From NCBI GenBank assembly GCA_963719085.1, contig CAVRAL010000001.1, forward strand, positions 1,377,999 to 1,441,998: DNA of 64,000 nucleotides. The letters run 5' to 3'. Positions within the stretch are counted from its first letter, which is position 1; each line of letters begins with the position of its first letter. The translations under genes were made by a program, and so were the position numbers. The notes below the pieces were generated by a model. That model made no database searches and was not told the origin of the DNA. It was given only the letters and a program-made list of their open reading frames with translations. This DNA comes from a candidate division FCPU426 bacterium (GTDB lineage: Bacteria > Oederibacteriota > Muellerivitia > Muellerivitales > Muellerivitaceae). Shown one piece after another: positions 22,214-33,077 of the stretch.

Positions 22214-23659
22214 TTATCCTACACTGCCTTCCAAACTCACGCTTAAAAGCTTCTGGGCCTCCACGGCGAATTCCATCGGCAGTTTTTTAAAGACTTCCTT
22301 GCAAAAACCATTCACGATCAAGCCCACCGCGTCCTCGGTGGAAAGTCCCCGCTGGCGGCAATAAAAGATCTGGTCCTCGCCGATTTTGGAGGTGGACGCC
22401 TCATGTTCGACCCGCGCGGTGTCGTTTTTCACTTCGATATAGGGGATCGTATGGGCGCCGCACTCGCCGCTCATTAAAAGCGAGTCGCACTGGGTGTAAT
22501 TTTTGGCGCCCTCGGCTCCCGGCTGGATCCGGACCAACCCCCGGTAGGTGTTTTGGCCATGTCCGGCCGAAATCCCCTTGGAAATAATGGTGCTGGTGGT
22601 GTTTTTTCCCACATGGATCATTTTGGTGCCCGTGTCGGCCTGCTGGTAGTTATTGGCCACCGCCACGGAATAAAACTCGCCCACCGAGTTATCCCCCTGC
22701 AAAATACAGCTGGGATATTTCCAGGTAATGGACGATCCCGTCTCCACCTGGGTCCAGGAAATTTTCGAGCGCACTCCCCGACAGGCGCCGCGCTTGGTCA
22801 CGAAGTTATAAACCCCGCCCTTGCCGTCTTTATCGCCCGGATACCAATTTTGCACCGTGGAATATTTGATCTCGGCGTTGTCCAAGGCCACTAATTCCAC
22901 CACGGCGGCGTGAAGCTGATTCTCGTCGCGCATGGGGGCGGTGCAGCCTTCCAGGTAACTGACGTGGCTGCCCGCGTCGGCGATCAGAAGCGTACGCTCG
23001 AACTGGCCGGTCTTGGCCGCGTTGATGCGGAAATAAGTGGAAAGTTCCATCGGACAACGCACGCCCTTGGGGATGTAGCAAAAGGAACCGTCCGTAAAGA
23101 CCGCGCTGTTGAGGGCCGCGTAAAAGTTGTCGTTATAAGGAACCACCGAACCCAGGTATTTTTGCACCAAGTCCGGATGCTCCTGTACCGCCTCGGAAAA
23201 AGAGCAAAAGATGACGCCCATTTCCGCCAGCTTCGCCCGGAAAGTCGTCCCGACCGACACGCTGTCAAAAACCGCGTCCACCGCGATGCCGGCCAAAGCT
23301 TCCCGCTCCTGCATGGGCACGCCCAGCTTCTCAAAGGTTTTGAGGATCTCGGGATCGACCTCGGCTAAACTTTTGGGCCCCGCCTTGGGCGCCGAGTAAT
23401 AAATGATGTCCTGGTAATTGATCTTGGGATAATGGACATTCTGCCAGGTCGGCTCTTTCATCTTCAGCCAAAACCGGAAACTTTTCAGGCGCCATTCCAA
23501 AAGGAACGCGGGCTCTTTTTTTTTGGCCGAGATAAAACGAATGATGTCCTCATTCAAGCCCGGCGGGGCCGAGTCGGCCTCCACATCGGTCACGAAACCG
23601 TATTTATAGTCTTCGGCGACAACTTGTTCGATGGGTTGTTCCTGCGCCTTCGGCTTCAT
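22214..23659 (-). CDS. sufB: Fe-S cluster assembly protein SufB
   Basis: [36 protein letters not shown]. Confidence 0.98.
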   Translation of the reverse strand: MKPKAQEQPIEQVVAEDYKYGFVTDVEADSAPPGLNEDIIRFISAKKKEPAFLLEWRLKSFRFWLKMKEPTWQNVHYPKINYQDIIYYSAPKAGPKSLAEVDPEILKTFEKLGVPMQEREALAGIAVDAVFDSVSVGTTFRAKLAEMGVIFCSFSEAVQEHPDLVQKYLGSVVPYNDNFYAALNSAVFTDGSFCYIPKGVRCPMELSTYFRINAAKTGQFERTLLIADAGSHVSYLEGCTAPMRDENQLHAAVVELVALDNAEIKYSTVQNWYPGDKDGKGGVYNFVTKRGACRGVRSKISWTQVETGSSITWKYPSCILQGDNSVGEFYSVAVANNYQQADTGTKMIHVGKNTTSTIISKGISAGHGQNTYRGLVRIQPGAEGAKNYTQCDSLLMSGECGAHTIPYIEVKNDTARVEHEASTSKIGEDQIFYCRQRGLSTEDAVGLIVNGFCKEVFKKLPMEFAVEAQKLLSVSLEGSVG

Positions 23660-24147
23660 GCGCGCTCCTTAAGCTCGTGCCGCTTTTGATCCCCCAAAAC
23701 GGGGGTTTGAATCCACTTTTCCATTTGAGGCTCGGTCGCCACCAGGTCCGACAACTTACTTTTCGTCAAATAACCGGAAATGACCCGCTCCAACCCGCTC
23801 CAAAGGGAACGGATGGAGCAATCCACCGAATGCACGCAGGTCTCATGTTGGCCCGGAAACTTGCTGCAAGATTCTTCCCGGGAGTAAAACTTGCCGCCCA
23901 GGGCTTCCAAAACCTCATTCACGCTGATCTCGTTGGCCGGCCGGGTTAACTGGTATCCGCCGCTTTGGCCCCGAATGCTGCGCACCAATTTCGCTTTTCG
24001 AAGAATGGCCATGAGTTTCCCCACATAAGCGGGGGTGAGGGCTTCCCTTTCGGCCAGTTCCACGATCGTGAGGGTGCCGGTATGGCCTTTTCGGGCCATT
24101 TGGAGCATGCACCTTAAACCATATTCATCCACTGATGAAAACTTCAT
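23656..24147 (-). CDS. Rrf2 family transcriptional regulator heading the suf operon
   Basis: [15 protein letters not shown] winged HTH; three Cys in the C-terminal part as potential Fe-S ligands. Confidence 0.92.
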   Translation of the reverse strand: MKFSSVDEYGLRCMLQMARKGHTGTLTIVELAEREALTPAYVGKLMAILRKAKLVRSIRGQSGGYQLTRPANEISVNEVLEALGGKFYSREESCSKFPGQHETCVHSVDCSIRSLWSGLERVISGYLTKSKLSDLVATEPQMEKWIQTPVLGDQKRHELKERA

Positions 24148-24293
24148 AAAAGAAGCCCTTTTAAAGCCAATTGGAAGGACATAAGTCCTTTTGTCTAATT
24201 TCGCGAATCTCTACGAAAAAGTCAAGTATATGAATCTTTTTGTGAGATTCAATCAAAATAGGGTCCTTTGCCCGAAACTCATCACCCTTGATT

Positions 24294-24491
24294 TCAGGAG
24301 GCGGGATAAGCCGGGTGTAAATGAAGGAAGGTTCGAATCCAGGCCTGCAGATGCGGGGGAAGGTTTAAAAGAAAAAGATCACCCAAAAACCGGATCACAA
24401 ATAGGCTTTGATGCCAATAAAGACCGGCGAAAATCAAAAAAGCCGCTCCAAAACCGATCAACAACATCTTGCCGCTATCGCCGTAATACAT
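24294..24491 (-). CDS. Possible small membrane protein
   Basis: 65-aa ORF with AAGGA RBS overlapping the gntK stop; one hydrophobic segment. Confidence 0.4.
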   Translation of the reverse strand: MYYGDSGKMLLIGFGAAFLIFAGLYWHQSLFVIRFLGDLFLLNLPPHLQAWIRTFLHLHPAYPAS

Positions 24492-24975
24492 TGGTTTCCT
24501 TAAGGTGGATCATCAAACCCGACACAATTGTATCAGTATCCGCCGAAACATCCACCACCCAAGCGTCCGACGGCTCTTCCAAATCCTTGTACTGGCTGTC
24601 CAGGAGCCCGGCGTCAAAAAAGTGGTTTTTCCTTTGGGCCAACCGGGCCGCGATCAAGTCCCGGCTTCCCCTCAAATAAATCCAGGAAACCTCCGCGTCT
24701 TTTTCCAAAAAAGTCCGGTAGGTTTGTTTAAGCGCCGAGCACGCCAACACCGTGAGCGGGGCCACGGCGTTCCATTGGGCTATCCGGGCGGATAAAGCTT
24801 GAAGCCAACCCTCCCGGTCCGCGTCGGTTAAGGCCGCCCCTTGGGCCATTTTGGACCGATTGGCCCCGGAATGAAAATCGTCCGCGTCAAAAAATGGAAC
24901 CCCCAGCCGCGCCGCTAAGGCCCGCCCGACCGTGGTCTTCCCGCTTCCCGCGACGCCCATTAAGATTAAAATCAC
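24475..24975 (-). CDS. gntK: Gluconokinase (GntK/IdnK family)
   Basis: MGVAGSGKTT, DADDFH..N..KM..G..LTD.DR, ACSALK..YR, LLDSQ..LEEP. Confidence 0.93.
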   Translation of the reverse strand: MILILMGVAGSGKTTVGRALAARLGVPFFDADDFHSGANRSKMAQGAALTDADREGWLQALSARIAQWNAVAPLTVLACSALKQTYRTFLEKDAEVSWIYLRGSRDLIAARLAQRKNHFFDAGLLDSQYKDLEEPSDAWVVDVSADTDTIVSGLMIHLKETNVLRR

Positions 24976-25745
24976 TCTATGCCGCCGCCCAAGGGCAAGA
25001 GCGCCCGGTAATATTCCACGGACCGCAGGGGTTTTTCGATGGTCCGCTCCAAATAAGACAAAAGCGAAAAAAGCGTTTGACGGCTCTGGTCAGGGGTCAT
25101 TTTAAGAACCGTGAGCCGCGCCAAGGGAAAACTTCTTATTTTTCGAAGCCAGGCCAGCCCCGCCGGCGACACTTTCAACAAGGACGATCCCGAGCGGCAA
25201 CAATCCGAGCAAAGCGCTCCGCCCCGATGGGCGATTAAAAAGGTCCCCTCGGGCCCCAAGGTTTTTTGACATTCGGCGCAAATATCCAATTCCAGGGGAT
25301 GTCCCAACAGTTCTAAAAAACGCAGGATAAAGGAAGACAAAACGGTTTCCCGTCCGCCCTTCTGGATTTCCATGGTTTTTAAAACCTCGCGGATCAAGCC
25401 ATACAAGTCCTCGTCCGGCTGGCTGTCGTGGAGCGTTTGGATCAGCGTATCCGCCATGACTTGCAACAGCGTGATGGTTCCGAAGTCCTCTTTCAAAAGA
25501 GGATGGCTTTGAAGAATTTTTGCTTGAGTCAAAAGATAAAGCTCGGCGGACGGGCTTTTGGCGAGGGTAAGCGAGGATTCGGTGAAAAGTTCCAGGGCGA
25601 ACCCCAATCGGCTTTTGGGCTTGCGGGCGCCCCTCACCCGGGCCCGTACCTTGCCGAATTGGCGGGTATAAATATCAATCAGTTTGTCGGATTCCAAATA
25701 GGGCCGGGCGCTTAAAACAAAACCCTGGGTCGACCATAAATTCAA
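24972..25745 (-). CDS. recO: DNA repair protein RecO
   Basis: ESDKLI, G.V...RGARK..SR, LELFT, C-terminal CAEC..CSDC zinc finger. Confidence 0.93.
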   Translation of the reverse strand: MNLWSTQGFVLSARPYLESDKLIDIYTRQFGKVRARVRGARKPKSRLGFALELFTESSLTLAKSPSAELYLLTQAKILQSHPLLKEDFGTITLLQVMADTLIQTLHDSQPDEDLYGLIREVLKTMEIQKGGRETVLSSFILRFLELLGHPLELDICAECQKTLGPEGTFLIAHRGGALCSDCCRSGSSLLKVSPAGLAWLRKIRSFPLARLTVLKMTPDQSRQTLFSLLSYLERTIEKPLRSVEYYRALLPLGGGIE

Positions 25746-25748
25746 TCG

Positions 25749-26672
25749 TCACCGCTTTTCTTGCGAGATCAGGACCACCGCCAAGGCGGGGAAATAGACA
25801 TCCGTCACCACATAAAACAAAAGACGGACCACCGCGTTGATTAAAACGAAAATGACCCCCAAAAGCGGGATTAACTCCAATATCCAGAAAAAAAACGAGA
25901 CGAGGAGGAATGCCGTCCATAGACCCAAGGTCATGAATCCCATTTTCTTGAGTAGGCCGCCCTTATGGGCCAAACAATAGTCATAGCCCGCGCGAAAAGC
26001 GAGGCCGACTTGGCCGCCTTCCATGAGGGCCGCCTGGGCGCAAACCGCGAAAATTTGATAGGCGATTAAAAAAGGCAGACTCAGGATCAAGGCCGCGATC
26101 GATAGGATCGCCATGACCACCAAAAGAATCACGGACGAATGAAAAACGGTGGCCAACGCCCACCCCACCATCAGCAGGATTGCCACCATGCCCAAAATGA
26201 GCAAAAGCACCGTCCCCAAAAGCCCCTGCAGCAAAACCATGGGAATCAGATGATAAAAGCCGTCCCGCGCGAAGGCGGACCAGGAAAAAGGCGTTTCGTC
26301 TTGAACGAAAGCCGTTAACCGGCCGTAAAGCCCCCCGTTAAACCAAGCCGAGATTACGGTCCACCAAATCAGGTAAAACAAGAAGACGCCCGCGACCGCC
26401 GTTAAAAAGCCGAAGTCCTTAAACCGGCTAAAAAAATCCATAATTAATGACTGATAGTCGGAAGAACCCAAGGGACTGCCGCCTTGAATGGCTTGGTAAA
26501 CCTGCGACACCAAGGGCCAACAGGTAAGCAAAAGGCACACAAAAAAAGCGCCGTAATTCAGGAGAATATAAAGAAAACGACCCACCCAAAGAGGCCAAAG
26601 CTCCGCGCTCACTTTCCAGGCCCGCGCGTAATCGGCGGAATAAGGATGCGAGACGGGTTTGCGGGAAGGCAT
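25749..26672 (-). CDS. Hypothetical polytopic membrane protein
   Basis: 307 aa with about six hydrophobic segments, tightly packed in the operon. Confidence 0.7.
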   Translation of the reverse strand: MPSRKPVSHPYSADYARAWKVSAELWPLWVGRFLYILLNYGAFFVCLLLTCWPLVSQVYQAIQGGSPLGSSDYQSLIMDFFSRFKDFGFLTAVAGVFLFYLIWWTVISAWFNGGLYGRLTAFVQDETPFSWSAFARDGFYHLIPMVLLQGLLGTVLLLILGMVAILLMVGWALATVFHSSVILLVVMAILSIAALILSLPFLIAYQIFAVCAQAALMEGGQVGLAFRAGYDYCLAHKGGLLKKMGFMTLGLWTAFLLVSFFFWILELIPLLGVIFVLINAVVRLLFYVVTDVYFPALAVVLISQEKR

Positions 26673-26686
26673 GGGTTCTCGATTCT

Positions 26687-27187
26687 CTAGCGGAAATTAT
26701 TAAACTGAAGGGCCACTTTAATATCCGAAGCCGATCGAAGCAGCTGCATGGCTTCCTGCAGGTCGTCCTTGGATTTTCCGGAGACCCGCACCTTCTCATC
26801 CACGATGGAAGCCTGCACCTTCAACTTGGAATCCTTGATGCGTTTGACAATGTCCTTACAGGCGTCCATGGGCATTCCGCTGATGATCTTGACCTTCTGG
26901 GTCAGGGTTCCGCTGAAGGCCGGCTCCGCCTTTTGAAAGTCCAGGGCTTTGGGGGACAGGTTGCGCTTGATGAACTTACCCTTCAGGATGTCCGTGACCG
27001 CGGTCAGGCGCGACTCGTTGTCGGCCTTGATGTCCAGTTCTTTGGCGGCCTTGTTCAACACCACCTCGCTGATGCTTCCCTTAAAATCATAGCGTTGGGA
27101 AATTTCTTTCATGGCCTGGTTAATCGCGTTATCGACTTCCTGCAGGTCGACTTCCGAGACCACATCAAATGAGTAAGCGTCCGCCAT
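26687..27187 (-). CDS. yajQ: YajQ family nucleotide/cyclic di-GMP-binding protein
   Basis: SFDVVSEVD.QEV.NA, RYDFKG, KVQASI, RVSGKSKDDLQ, LQFNNFR. Confidence 0.96.
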   Translation of the reverse strand: MADAYSFDVVSEVDLQEVDNAINQAMKEISQRYDFKGSISEVVLNKAAKELDIKADNESRLTAVTDILKGKFIKRNLSPKALDFQKAEPAFSGTLTQKVKIISGMPMDACKDIVKRIKDSKLKVQASIVDEKVRVSGKSKDDLQEAMQLLRSASDIKVALQFNNFR

Positions 27188-27241
27188 GGCCCTCTCCCCG
27201 ATTAAAATTTAAAATGGTTAAACGACAAGCCCGCCGAAAGG

Positions 27242-28120
27242 TCAGGACCCGCCCGCGTCCAACGGCAAACTGATTTCCACCACCTGTCCCGTGGCGCCCA
27301 ACACCCCCAGCGGGTTTCCGTTGAATCGCGCGTCCACCCCGCCGGCGTTGCCAATCTTCACTTTAAAACTCTGAAGCGCCCGGAAGCTTTTCACCTCGCC
27401 CGGCGCCAAATCAAATTCCGAGCTGGCCTGTCCCCCATCCATCGTGACCAAAACCCAAGATTGATCCAACCCCTTCAGAATGAGGTGCTGGTACTTGTCT
27501 TTGACCGGCAAGCCGGGAAGAATGGCGGCAGGCACAGGCTTTGAGGAGGCGAAAACCGGGATCAACCTAGGCCAGGCTCCGGCCAAACGTTTAATGGACG
27601 GCCCCCACCAAATCAGCGCTCCCGCCAGCAACAATAAAAGAACAAACCGCGCGATCCCCGCCCGCGCGCCGCGGCCAAGGCCGGGACGGACCCTGGAAGC
27701 GTCCGGCGCGCCGGAGGTCGGCGCGCGCCGAGCCGGCAAATCCGGATTTTCAACTTCCATATCCGGATCGAAAGCGTCATCAGAAATTCTCTCCCGCCGG
27801 ATCGGCTGGGGCTTCTTTTTGAAAAAAGGCAAGGAAAGGCCGGACGAAATTTCGCTTTCCGGATTCGGGGGGGTGATCTTGGCTAAAACCGGCTCCACCT
27901 GGGACTTAAACTGCGCCATCAAATCGGCGGCGTCAAGCCCCACGACCTTGGCGTAAGCCCGCACAAAGCCTTTGGCATGGGTTTGGGAGGGAAAAACACT
28001 GAACTGATCCTCATCCAAGGCTTCCAGATATTTAACCGGAATACGGGTTCTTTCGCTCACCGTTTGGAGCGAAATCTTTTTGTTTTCCCGGGCTTGTCGA
28101 AGTTCGGAACCGACGCTCAT
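27242..28120 (-). CDS. rodZ: RodZ-like protein (HTH, TM, periplasmic DUF4115-like domain)
   Basis: VG..LR.ARE, YL.ALDE, GFVRAYA; TM; SWV.V..DG and IGNAGGV. Confidence 0.85.
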   Translation of the reverse strand: MSVGSELRQARENKKISLQTVSERTRIPVKYLEALDEDQFSVFPSQTHAKGFVRAYAKVVGLDAADLMAQFKSQVEPVLAKITPPNPESEISSGLSLPFFKKKPQPIRRERISDDAFDPDMEVENPDLPARRAPTSGAPDASRVRPGLGRGARAGIARFVLLLLLAGALIWWGPSIKRLAGAWPRLIPVFASSKPVPAAILPGLPVKDKYQHLILKGLDQSWVLVTMDGGQASSEFDLAPGEVKSFRALQSFKVKIGNAGGVDARFNGNPLGVLGATGQVVEISLPLDAGGS

Positions 28121-28803
28121 TAAAAAATGGCTCCTTGCACCACATCGGCGCCTTTGGGCTTGACGAATTGAAACACCTTCGAATCGATGCCTTGATTAAA
28201 TCTAAAATTGGAAAATTCGGATTCGGTGATCAACGCGTCCGTCTCCACTTTCATGCGGTAAGGCCACCAGTCTTTTTTTCGGATCGTCACTTTCATTTCA
28301 TTGAAGGCCGCGTCCGCCGACTTGGGGATAAATTTTAAAACCACCTCGTCGGCCGAATCCTGCTCGATGGACACCCGGCTGATGTCCATATAACGTTTGA
28401 GTTCCTGCCCCACGCCCAAATAAACCGGTCCGGCCCCTCCGCCAGCGTCTTGCTGATAAACCATATTCTGGCCCGGCTGATACATTTGAATCCGGGAACC
28501 ATCGATATAAAGAAATTGCTCGCCGGGCTTTTTGTAATGGGCATAGACCAGATTGGGGGACTTCATCTCAACGCTTCCCTCCACTTCCTGCGTTTTACCC
28601 GAAAGCGTGTCCTGCATCCGCATCTTGAGATCCATTTGGACGTCCTGAATCTTCGATTGGGCCTCCGCGACTTTTTGGGAGATCATTTCAACCGTGAGCT
28701 TGACCTTGGGTTCGTCCGCCCAAACCGACGGCGCCCAGGCTGAGGCGGCGGTGAAAAAAATCAAAAAGAAAGAAGCGAAGACAGGATTACTCGGGTTTCT
28801 CAT
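28120..28803 (-). CDS. lolA: Outer-membrane lipoprotein carrier LolA family protein
   Basis: Signal peptide; G...K.P....Y..P.EQ...DG..I..Y.P and F.F..PKGADV; follows ftsK as usual. Confidence 0.82.
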   Translation of the reverse strand: MRNPSNPVFASFFLIFFTAASAWAPSVWADEPKVKLTVEMISQKVAEAQSKIQDVQMDLKMRMQDTLSGKTQEVEGSVEMKSPNLVYAHYKKPGEQFLYIDGSRIQMYQPGQNMVYQQDAGGGAGPVYLGVGQELKRYMDISRVSIEQDSADEVVLKFIPKSADAAFNEMKVTIRKKDWWPYRMKVETDALITESEFSNFRFNQGIDSKVFQFVKPKGADVVQGAIF

Positions 28804-31177
28804 GGGCTTCCATCTCCTCTTCCATCTCCAACGAATGATCCTGGGGCACGGGAACGAGAATTTTACGGGGCTTATTTCCGTCCGCGGCGCCCACAATCCC
28901 GCGCAGTTCCATATCGTCCAAAAGCCGGGCCGCGCGGCTGTAACCCACCTTCAAGCGCCTTTGCAAAAGCGATGTGGAGGCCTGTTTGGCCCGCAAGATG
29001 ACCTGGACCGCGTCGTCATAAAGCTCGTCTTCACTTTGTTCGGAGACCACGTCTTTGGATTTTTGGGTGGTCAAATCGGCCGTATATTGGGGTTTTCCCT
29101 GGGATTTCCAAAAATCAACCAAACGCTCGATTTCTTCCAAAGTAACATAGGCCCCTTGGAGCCGCAAGGGCTTGGGCGCGCCGGAAGGCAGGTACAGCAT
29201 ATCGCCTCGGCCCAATAGGGCTTCCGCGCCGTTCATGTCGAGAATCGTCCGGGAATCCACCTTGGAAAAAACCTGAAAAGCGATACGCGAGGGAAAGTTG
29301 GCCTTGATGATCCCCGTGATGACTTCCACGCTGGGCCTTTGGGTGGCCAGCACCAGGTGGATCCCGACCGCCCGGGCCATTTGAGCCAGGCGCGCGATGG
29401 ACTCTTCCACCTGATCCTTCGCCACCATCATCAAATCCGCCAATTCATCCACCAAAACCACGATGTAATAAAGAGGATGTTCTTCGGTGGTGCCGGCTTC
29501 CCGGCCCTTGTTAATCTTCGCGTTGTAAGTGTCGATGTCCCGCACGCCGGCGTGGGCCAGCATTTCATACCGCTCTTCCATTTCCCGAACCAGCCACTTC
29601 AAGGCCAGATGCGCCTCCTTCGGGTCGGTCACCACGGGCAAAGCCAAATGGGGCAGATCCCGGTAAATGGCCATCTCCACCCGTTTGGGATCAATCAGCA
29701 CCAACCGGACCTCCTCCGGAGTGGCTTTGAAAAGAAGGCTGGCGATCAGCGTATTGACGCAAACACTTTTTCCCGAACCCGTCGAGCCCGCGATCAGCAC
29801 ATGGGGCATGTCCTTTAAATTCGCCAAATTGGTGGCGCCCACGATGTCCTTGCCCAGCGCCACCAAAAGTTTTTTGGAGGACGACAGAAAATCATCCTGG
29901 GCGATCAACTCTTTCAGGGTCACCACGCGGCCCTTCAAATTGGGGATCTCGATCCCCACCGCCGCCTTTCCCGGGATCGGCGCCACCACCCGAACTTGGC
30001 CGCATTGAAGGGCCAAAGCCAAGTCGTCCGCCAAGGATGAAATACGGTTGATCTTCACGCCCGCCGCGGGTTGAACCTCGTATTGGGTAACGGTGGGGCC
30101 CGGGTTAACTCCCACAATCTTGGCTTCCACGTTGAAATTATTCAGCGTCTCAATAATGGTCCGGCCGATGGCCTCGAAATTATCAAAAACTTTTTCTTTG
30201 GGTTCTTCCGCCAGTTTTAAAAGATGAACCGTCGGCATCTGCCACTGACGCACCATCCGGGCGGGCCTTTTGGGCGCGGTGGGCTGCGGCTCTTCCTCGC
30301 CGGTCTCGATATCCGCCGCTTCCATTTTTTGCCGTAAGCTCATGCCTTCGGGCCCCTTCGCCTCGGCCATCGCGGCCGCGACCATATCTTCCTCAACCGG
30401 CATGGGCCGCTTGGAGGGCCTCAAAGGCGCGTCAGCGGACTTTTGAGGGAAAACAACCGTCGGCGCTACTTGGGAAGTCTCCTCAGCGGCTCCCGAAAAC
30501 ACCGAAGTATAGGCCTTTCGTTCGGTTTGCATTTTGGCCCTCGCCGCTTGAGCGGCTTTTTTCTCCGACCGGCGGGCGTTCCAACCCTCGATCGTTTTCA
30601 AAAACCGCTCGTACAGGTTAAAAACCGCCTGAAAGCCGTGGGTCTTGGCCCATTCAGCGCCCTGGGCCATGGACTTGAGCAAAACCTGCGCGGCCTTCAG
30701 CACTAAATCTTCCACTTCCAAAAACCAGGCCGCCAGCACCAGCACCAAAAGACAAACCATGACGGTTCCAAAGGAGGTCAAAATAGCCCTGAGGGCGTCG
30801 CCCAAACGAGAGCCCAATTGACCGCCCCATTCCACGCCGTCTCGCATTTGCGAGGGCGAGAACATCTCAACATTGGGGGTCACGATATGAAGGATGGAAC
30901 AAGCGGAGGCCAGCCCCAAGGCGAAACCCAAAAGCTTTAGCCCCGGTTTCTCGAGGGGTTCGCCTTTATAGAGAGCGAAAGCGATGAGGAAAAAAACGGC
31001 GGAAAAAAGCCAGGCCAGCAATCCAAAACCATCATAGAGGATAAAGGAAATATCCGAGCCGACCCGGCCGAGCAAATTCGGGCTTTGGCCGGTTGGAATG
31101 AGTGAAAGCGCCAATAAAAAGCCGGCGCTTCCCGTCAAAAAAACCGCGAGAAAATGATGACGGCCGTTTCTAGCCAC
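28787..31177 (-). CDS. ftsK: DNA translocase FtsK
   Basis: N-terminal TMs; GPTVTQYE, PHVLIAGSTGSGKS, DELADLMM, ATQRPS, gamma domain LLQRRLKVGYSRAAR. Confidence 0.98.
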   Translation of the reverse strand: MARNGRHHFLAVFLTGSAGFLLALSLIPTGQSPNLLGRVGSDISFILYDGFGLLAWLFSAVFFLIAFALYKGEPLEKPGLKLLGFALGLASACSILHIVTPNVEMFSPSQMRDGVEWGGQLGSRLGDALRAILTSFGTVMVCLLVLVLAAWFLEVEDLVLKAAQVLLKSMAQGAEWAKTHGFQAVFNLYERFLKTIEGWNARRSEKKAAQAARAKMQTERKAYTSVFSGAAEETSQVAPTVVFPQKSADAPLRPSKRPMPVEEDMVAAAMAEAKGPEGMSLRQKMEAADIETGEEEPQPTAPKRPARMVRQWQMPTVHLLKLAEEPKEKVFDNFEAIGRTIIETLNNFNVEAKIVGVNPGPTVTQYEVQPAAGVKINRISSLADDLALALQCGQVRVVAPIPGKAAVGIEIPNLKGRVVTLKELIAQDDFLSSSKKLLVALGKDIVGATNLANLKDMPHVLIAGSTGSGKSVCVNTLIASLLFKATPEEVRLVLIDPKRVEMAIYRDLPHLALPVVTDPKEAHLALKWLVREMEERYEMLAHAGVRDIDTYNAKINKGREAGTTEEHPLYYIVVLVDELADLMMVAKDQVEESIARLAQMARAVGIHLVLATQRPSVEVITGIIKANFPSRIAFQVFSKVDSRTILDMNGAEALLGRGDMLYLPSGAPKPLRLQGAYVTLEEIERLVDFWKSQGKPQYTADLTTQKSKDVVSEQSEDELYDDAVQVILRAKQASTSLLQRRLKVGYSRAARLLDDMELRGIVGAADGNKPRKILVPVPQDHSLEMEEEMEAHEKPE

Positions 31178-31345
31178 GGAGCCCTCGTTTGACGGCCCGA
31201 AGCTGAACCGGGCAGAAAAAGGCCTTGATTCGGCTAATTAATCGCATTGGCGCTTATACCCCATTCCATAAGTCCAATTTTAGGTTGGTAGGGTTGATTA
31301 TACAAAGGTTCACCGGCGAGCTGAAAATAATTTCACCTGCGGCGA

Positions 31346-32998
31346 TTATATTTCCATGATGACGGGCAAAATCATGGGGCGCCGGCTTGACCTTTGGGAA
31401 AAGAACCGTTGAAGCGATTTACGGATGGCGTCCTTGACGCTTTCCCAATCCGTCACCTCGCCCCGAATCTCGTCTTGAATCACTTTTCGAATCACGTCTT
31501 TGGCTTCCGCCATCAATTCCTCGGGAAGGGTTTCGGAAAAGCCCCGGGTGACCAAGTCGGGCCCGCTGATCATTTGGGACTTCGCGGTGTCCACGGTCAA
31601 AAGGGCCACCACGACGCCGTCTTGGGAAAGATGGCGCCGGTCGCGCAAAACCACATCACCCACATCGGCGAAATGCTTGCCGTCGACTAAAATCGTGCCG
31701 CCCGCGCCCCCCCTTTCAAGCCGGGGTTCGCCCTCATCCAAAATCCACTTTTCCCCGTTTTCCATGATGAAGGTATTCGCGTATTTCACGCCCACTTCCT
31801 GGGCGAGCCGGGCGTGCAATACCAAATGGCGGTATTCCCCGTGAACCGGGATAAAATATTTGGGTTTCACCAGCGCCAACATGATTTTCTGCTCCTCGCG
31901 GCAGGCATGGCCGGAGACATGGATCTCGGAAACCGCCTCATAAAGGACCTCGGCGCCCTTGCGGTAAAGCATATTGATGATGTTGGAAATGGCCCGCTCA
32001 TTGCCCGGGATCGTGCGGGCGGACAAAAGAACCAAATCCCCGGGCCGAAGCGAGATATCTTTATGCTCCCCCATGGCCATCCGGGTGACGCTGCTCATGG
32101 GCTCGCCTTGGCTGCCCGTGGTGATGATGACCACTTCTTCCGGGCTCATTCCTTTCAAGGCGTCCGGCTGAACCAGGATCCCGGACGGGATGTTCATGAA
32201 GCCCAAATCCCTCGCCACTTGGGTATTGCGGATCATACTGCGGCCCATGATGCAAACCTTGCGGCCGACTTTGCGCGCGGCGTCGATGACTTGTTGAACC
32301 CGGTGGATGTTGCTGGCGAAGCAGGCGACGATAATTCGTTTTTTGGCCTTGGGGAAAATTTTCTCAAATTCTTCCCCGACGACCTTCTCCGAAAGCGTGT
32401 AGCCTTCCCGCTCCACGTTGGTGGAATCGGACATGAATAAAAGCACGCCTTTGGTTCCATATTCGGCGAAACGGTTCAAATCGATCGGCACGCCGTCAAT
32501 GGGCGTCGGGTCGATTTTAAAATCGCCCGTATGAAGCACCACGCCCTTGGGAGTGGTGATGGCCAGTCCGCATCCGTCCACAATGCTGTGCGTGACCCGG
32601 ATAAACTCCACCTCAAAGGGGCCCAGGATCACTTTGTTTTTGGGATCCACCTCGATCAAACGGGGCGAAAAAGGAAGTTTAAACTCTTCCAATTTGGCCT
32701 TCACGAATCCCAGTGTCAGTTTGGTGCCGTAAACCGGGACATCGAGCCTTTGAAGCAGATAAGGAATGGCGCCGATATGGTCCTCATGCCCATGGGTGAG
32801 GAAAATTCCTTTCAACCAATCGGGTTTTTCCACCAGCATATTAAAATCGGGAATGATGTAATCCACGCCCGGATGCCGGTCATCGGGGAACATAAGTCCC
32901 GCGTCGATCATGATGGCCTGTCCGTCAAAATCCACCAGGGCCATGTTTTTACCGATTTCGCCAAGCCCCCCCATGGGGATAAAGGAAAGCGTACTCAA
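31346..32998 (-). CDS. rnj: Ribonuclease J
   Basis: GGLGEIGKN, THGHEDHIG, HTGDFK, TGSQGEPM, HVSGH, PVHGE. Confidence 0.97.
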   Translation of the reverse strand: MSTLSFIPMGGLGEIGKNMALVDFDGQAIMIDAGLMFPDDRHPGVDYIIPDFNMLVEKPDWLKGIFLTHGHEDHIGAIPYLLQRLDVPVYGTKLTLGFVKAKLEEFKLPFSPRLIEVDPKNKVILGPFEVEFIRVTHSIVDGCGLAITTPKGVVLHTGDFKIDPTPIDGVPIDLNRFAEYGTKGVLLFMSDSTNVEREGYTLSEKVVGEEFEKIFPKAKKRIIVACFASNIHRVQQVIDAARKVGRKVCIMGRSMIRNTQVARDLGFMNIPSGILVQPDALKGMSPEEVVIITTGSQGEPMSSVTRMAMGEHKDISLRPGDLVLLSARTIPGNERAISNIINMLYRKGAEVLYEAVSEIHVSGHACREEQKIMLALVKPKYFIPVHGEYRHLVLHARLAQEVGVKYANTFIMENGEKWILDEGEPRLERGGAGGTILVDGKHFADVGDVVLRDRRHLSQDGVVVALLTVDTAKSQMISGPDLVTRGFSETLPEELMAEAKDVIRKVIQDEIRGEVTDWESVKDAIRKSLQRFFSQRSSRRPMILPVIMEI

Positions 32999-33024
32999 AG
33001 TGTTGTCCTTTTAAATTGAAAATT

Positions 33025-33058
33025 AAAAAGCCCTCTTCGTCTTGGGAAGAAGGCTTTT
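33025..33058 (-). terminator. Probable terminator after the RRM gene
   Basis: Imperfect stem AAAAGCC.TCTTC/GAAGA.GGCTTTT with A/T runs on both sides. Confidence 0.55.
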
Positions 33059-33077
33059 GAACTAGAAAGCGGTTAAC

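Noticed and set aside
17832..24147. suf operon as a novel system
   Set aside because: Standard Rrf2-sufBCDSUT arrangement
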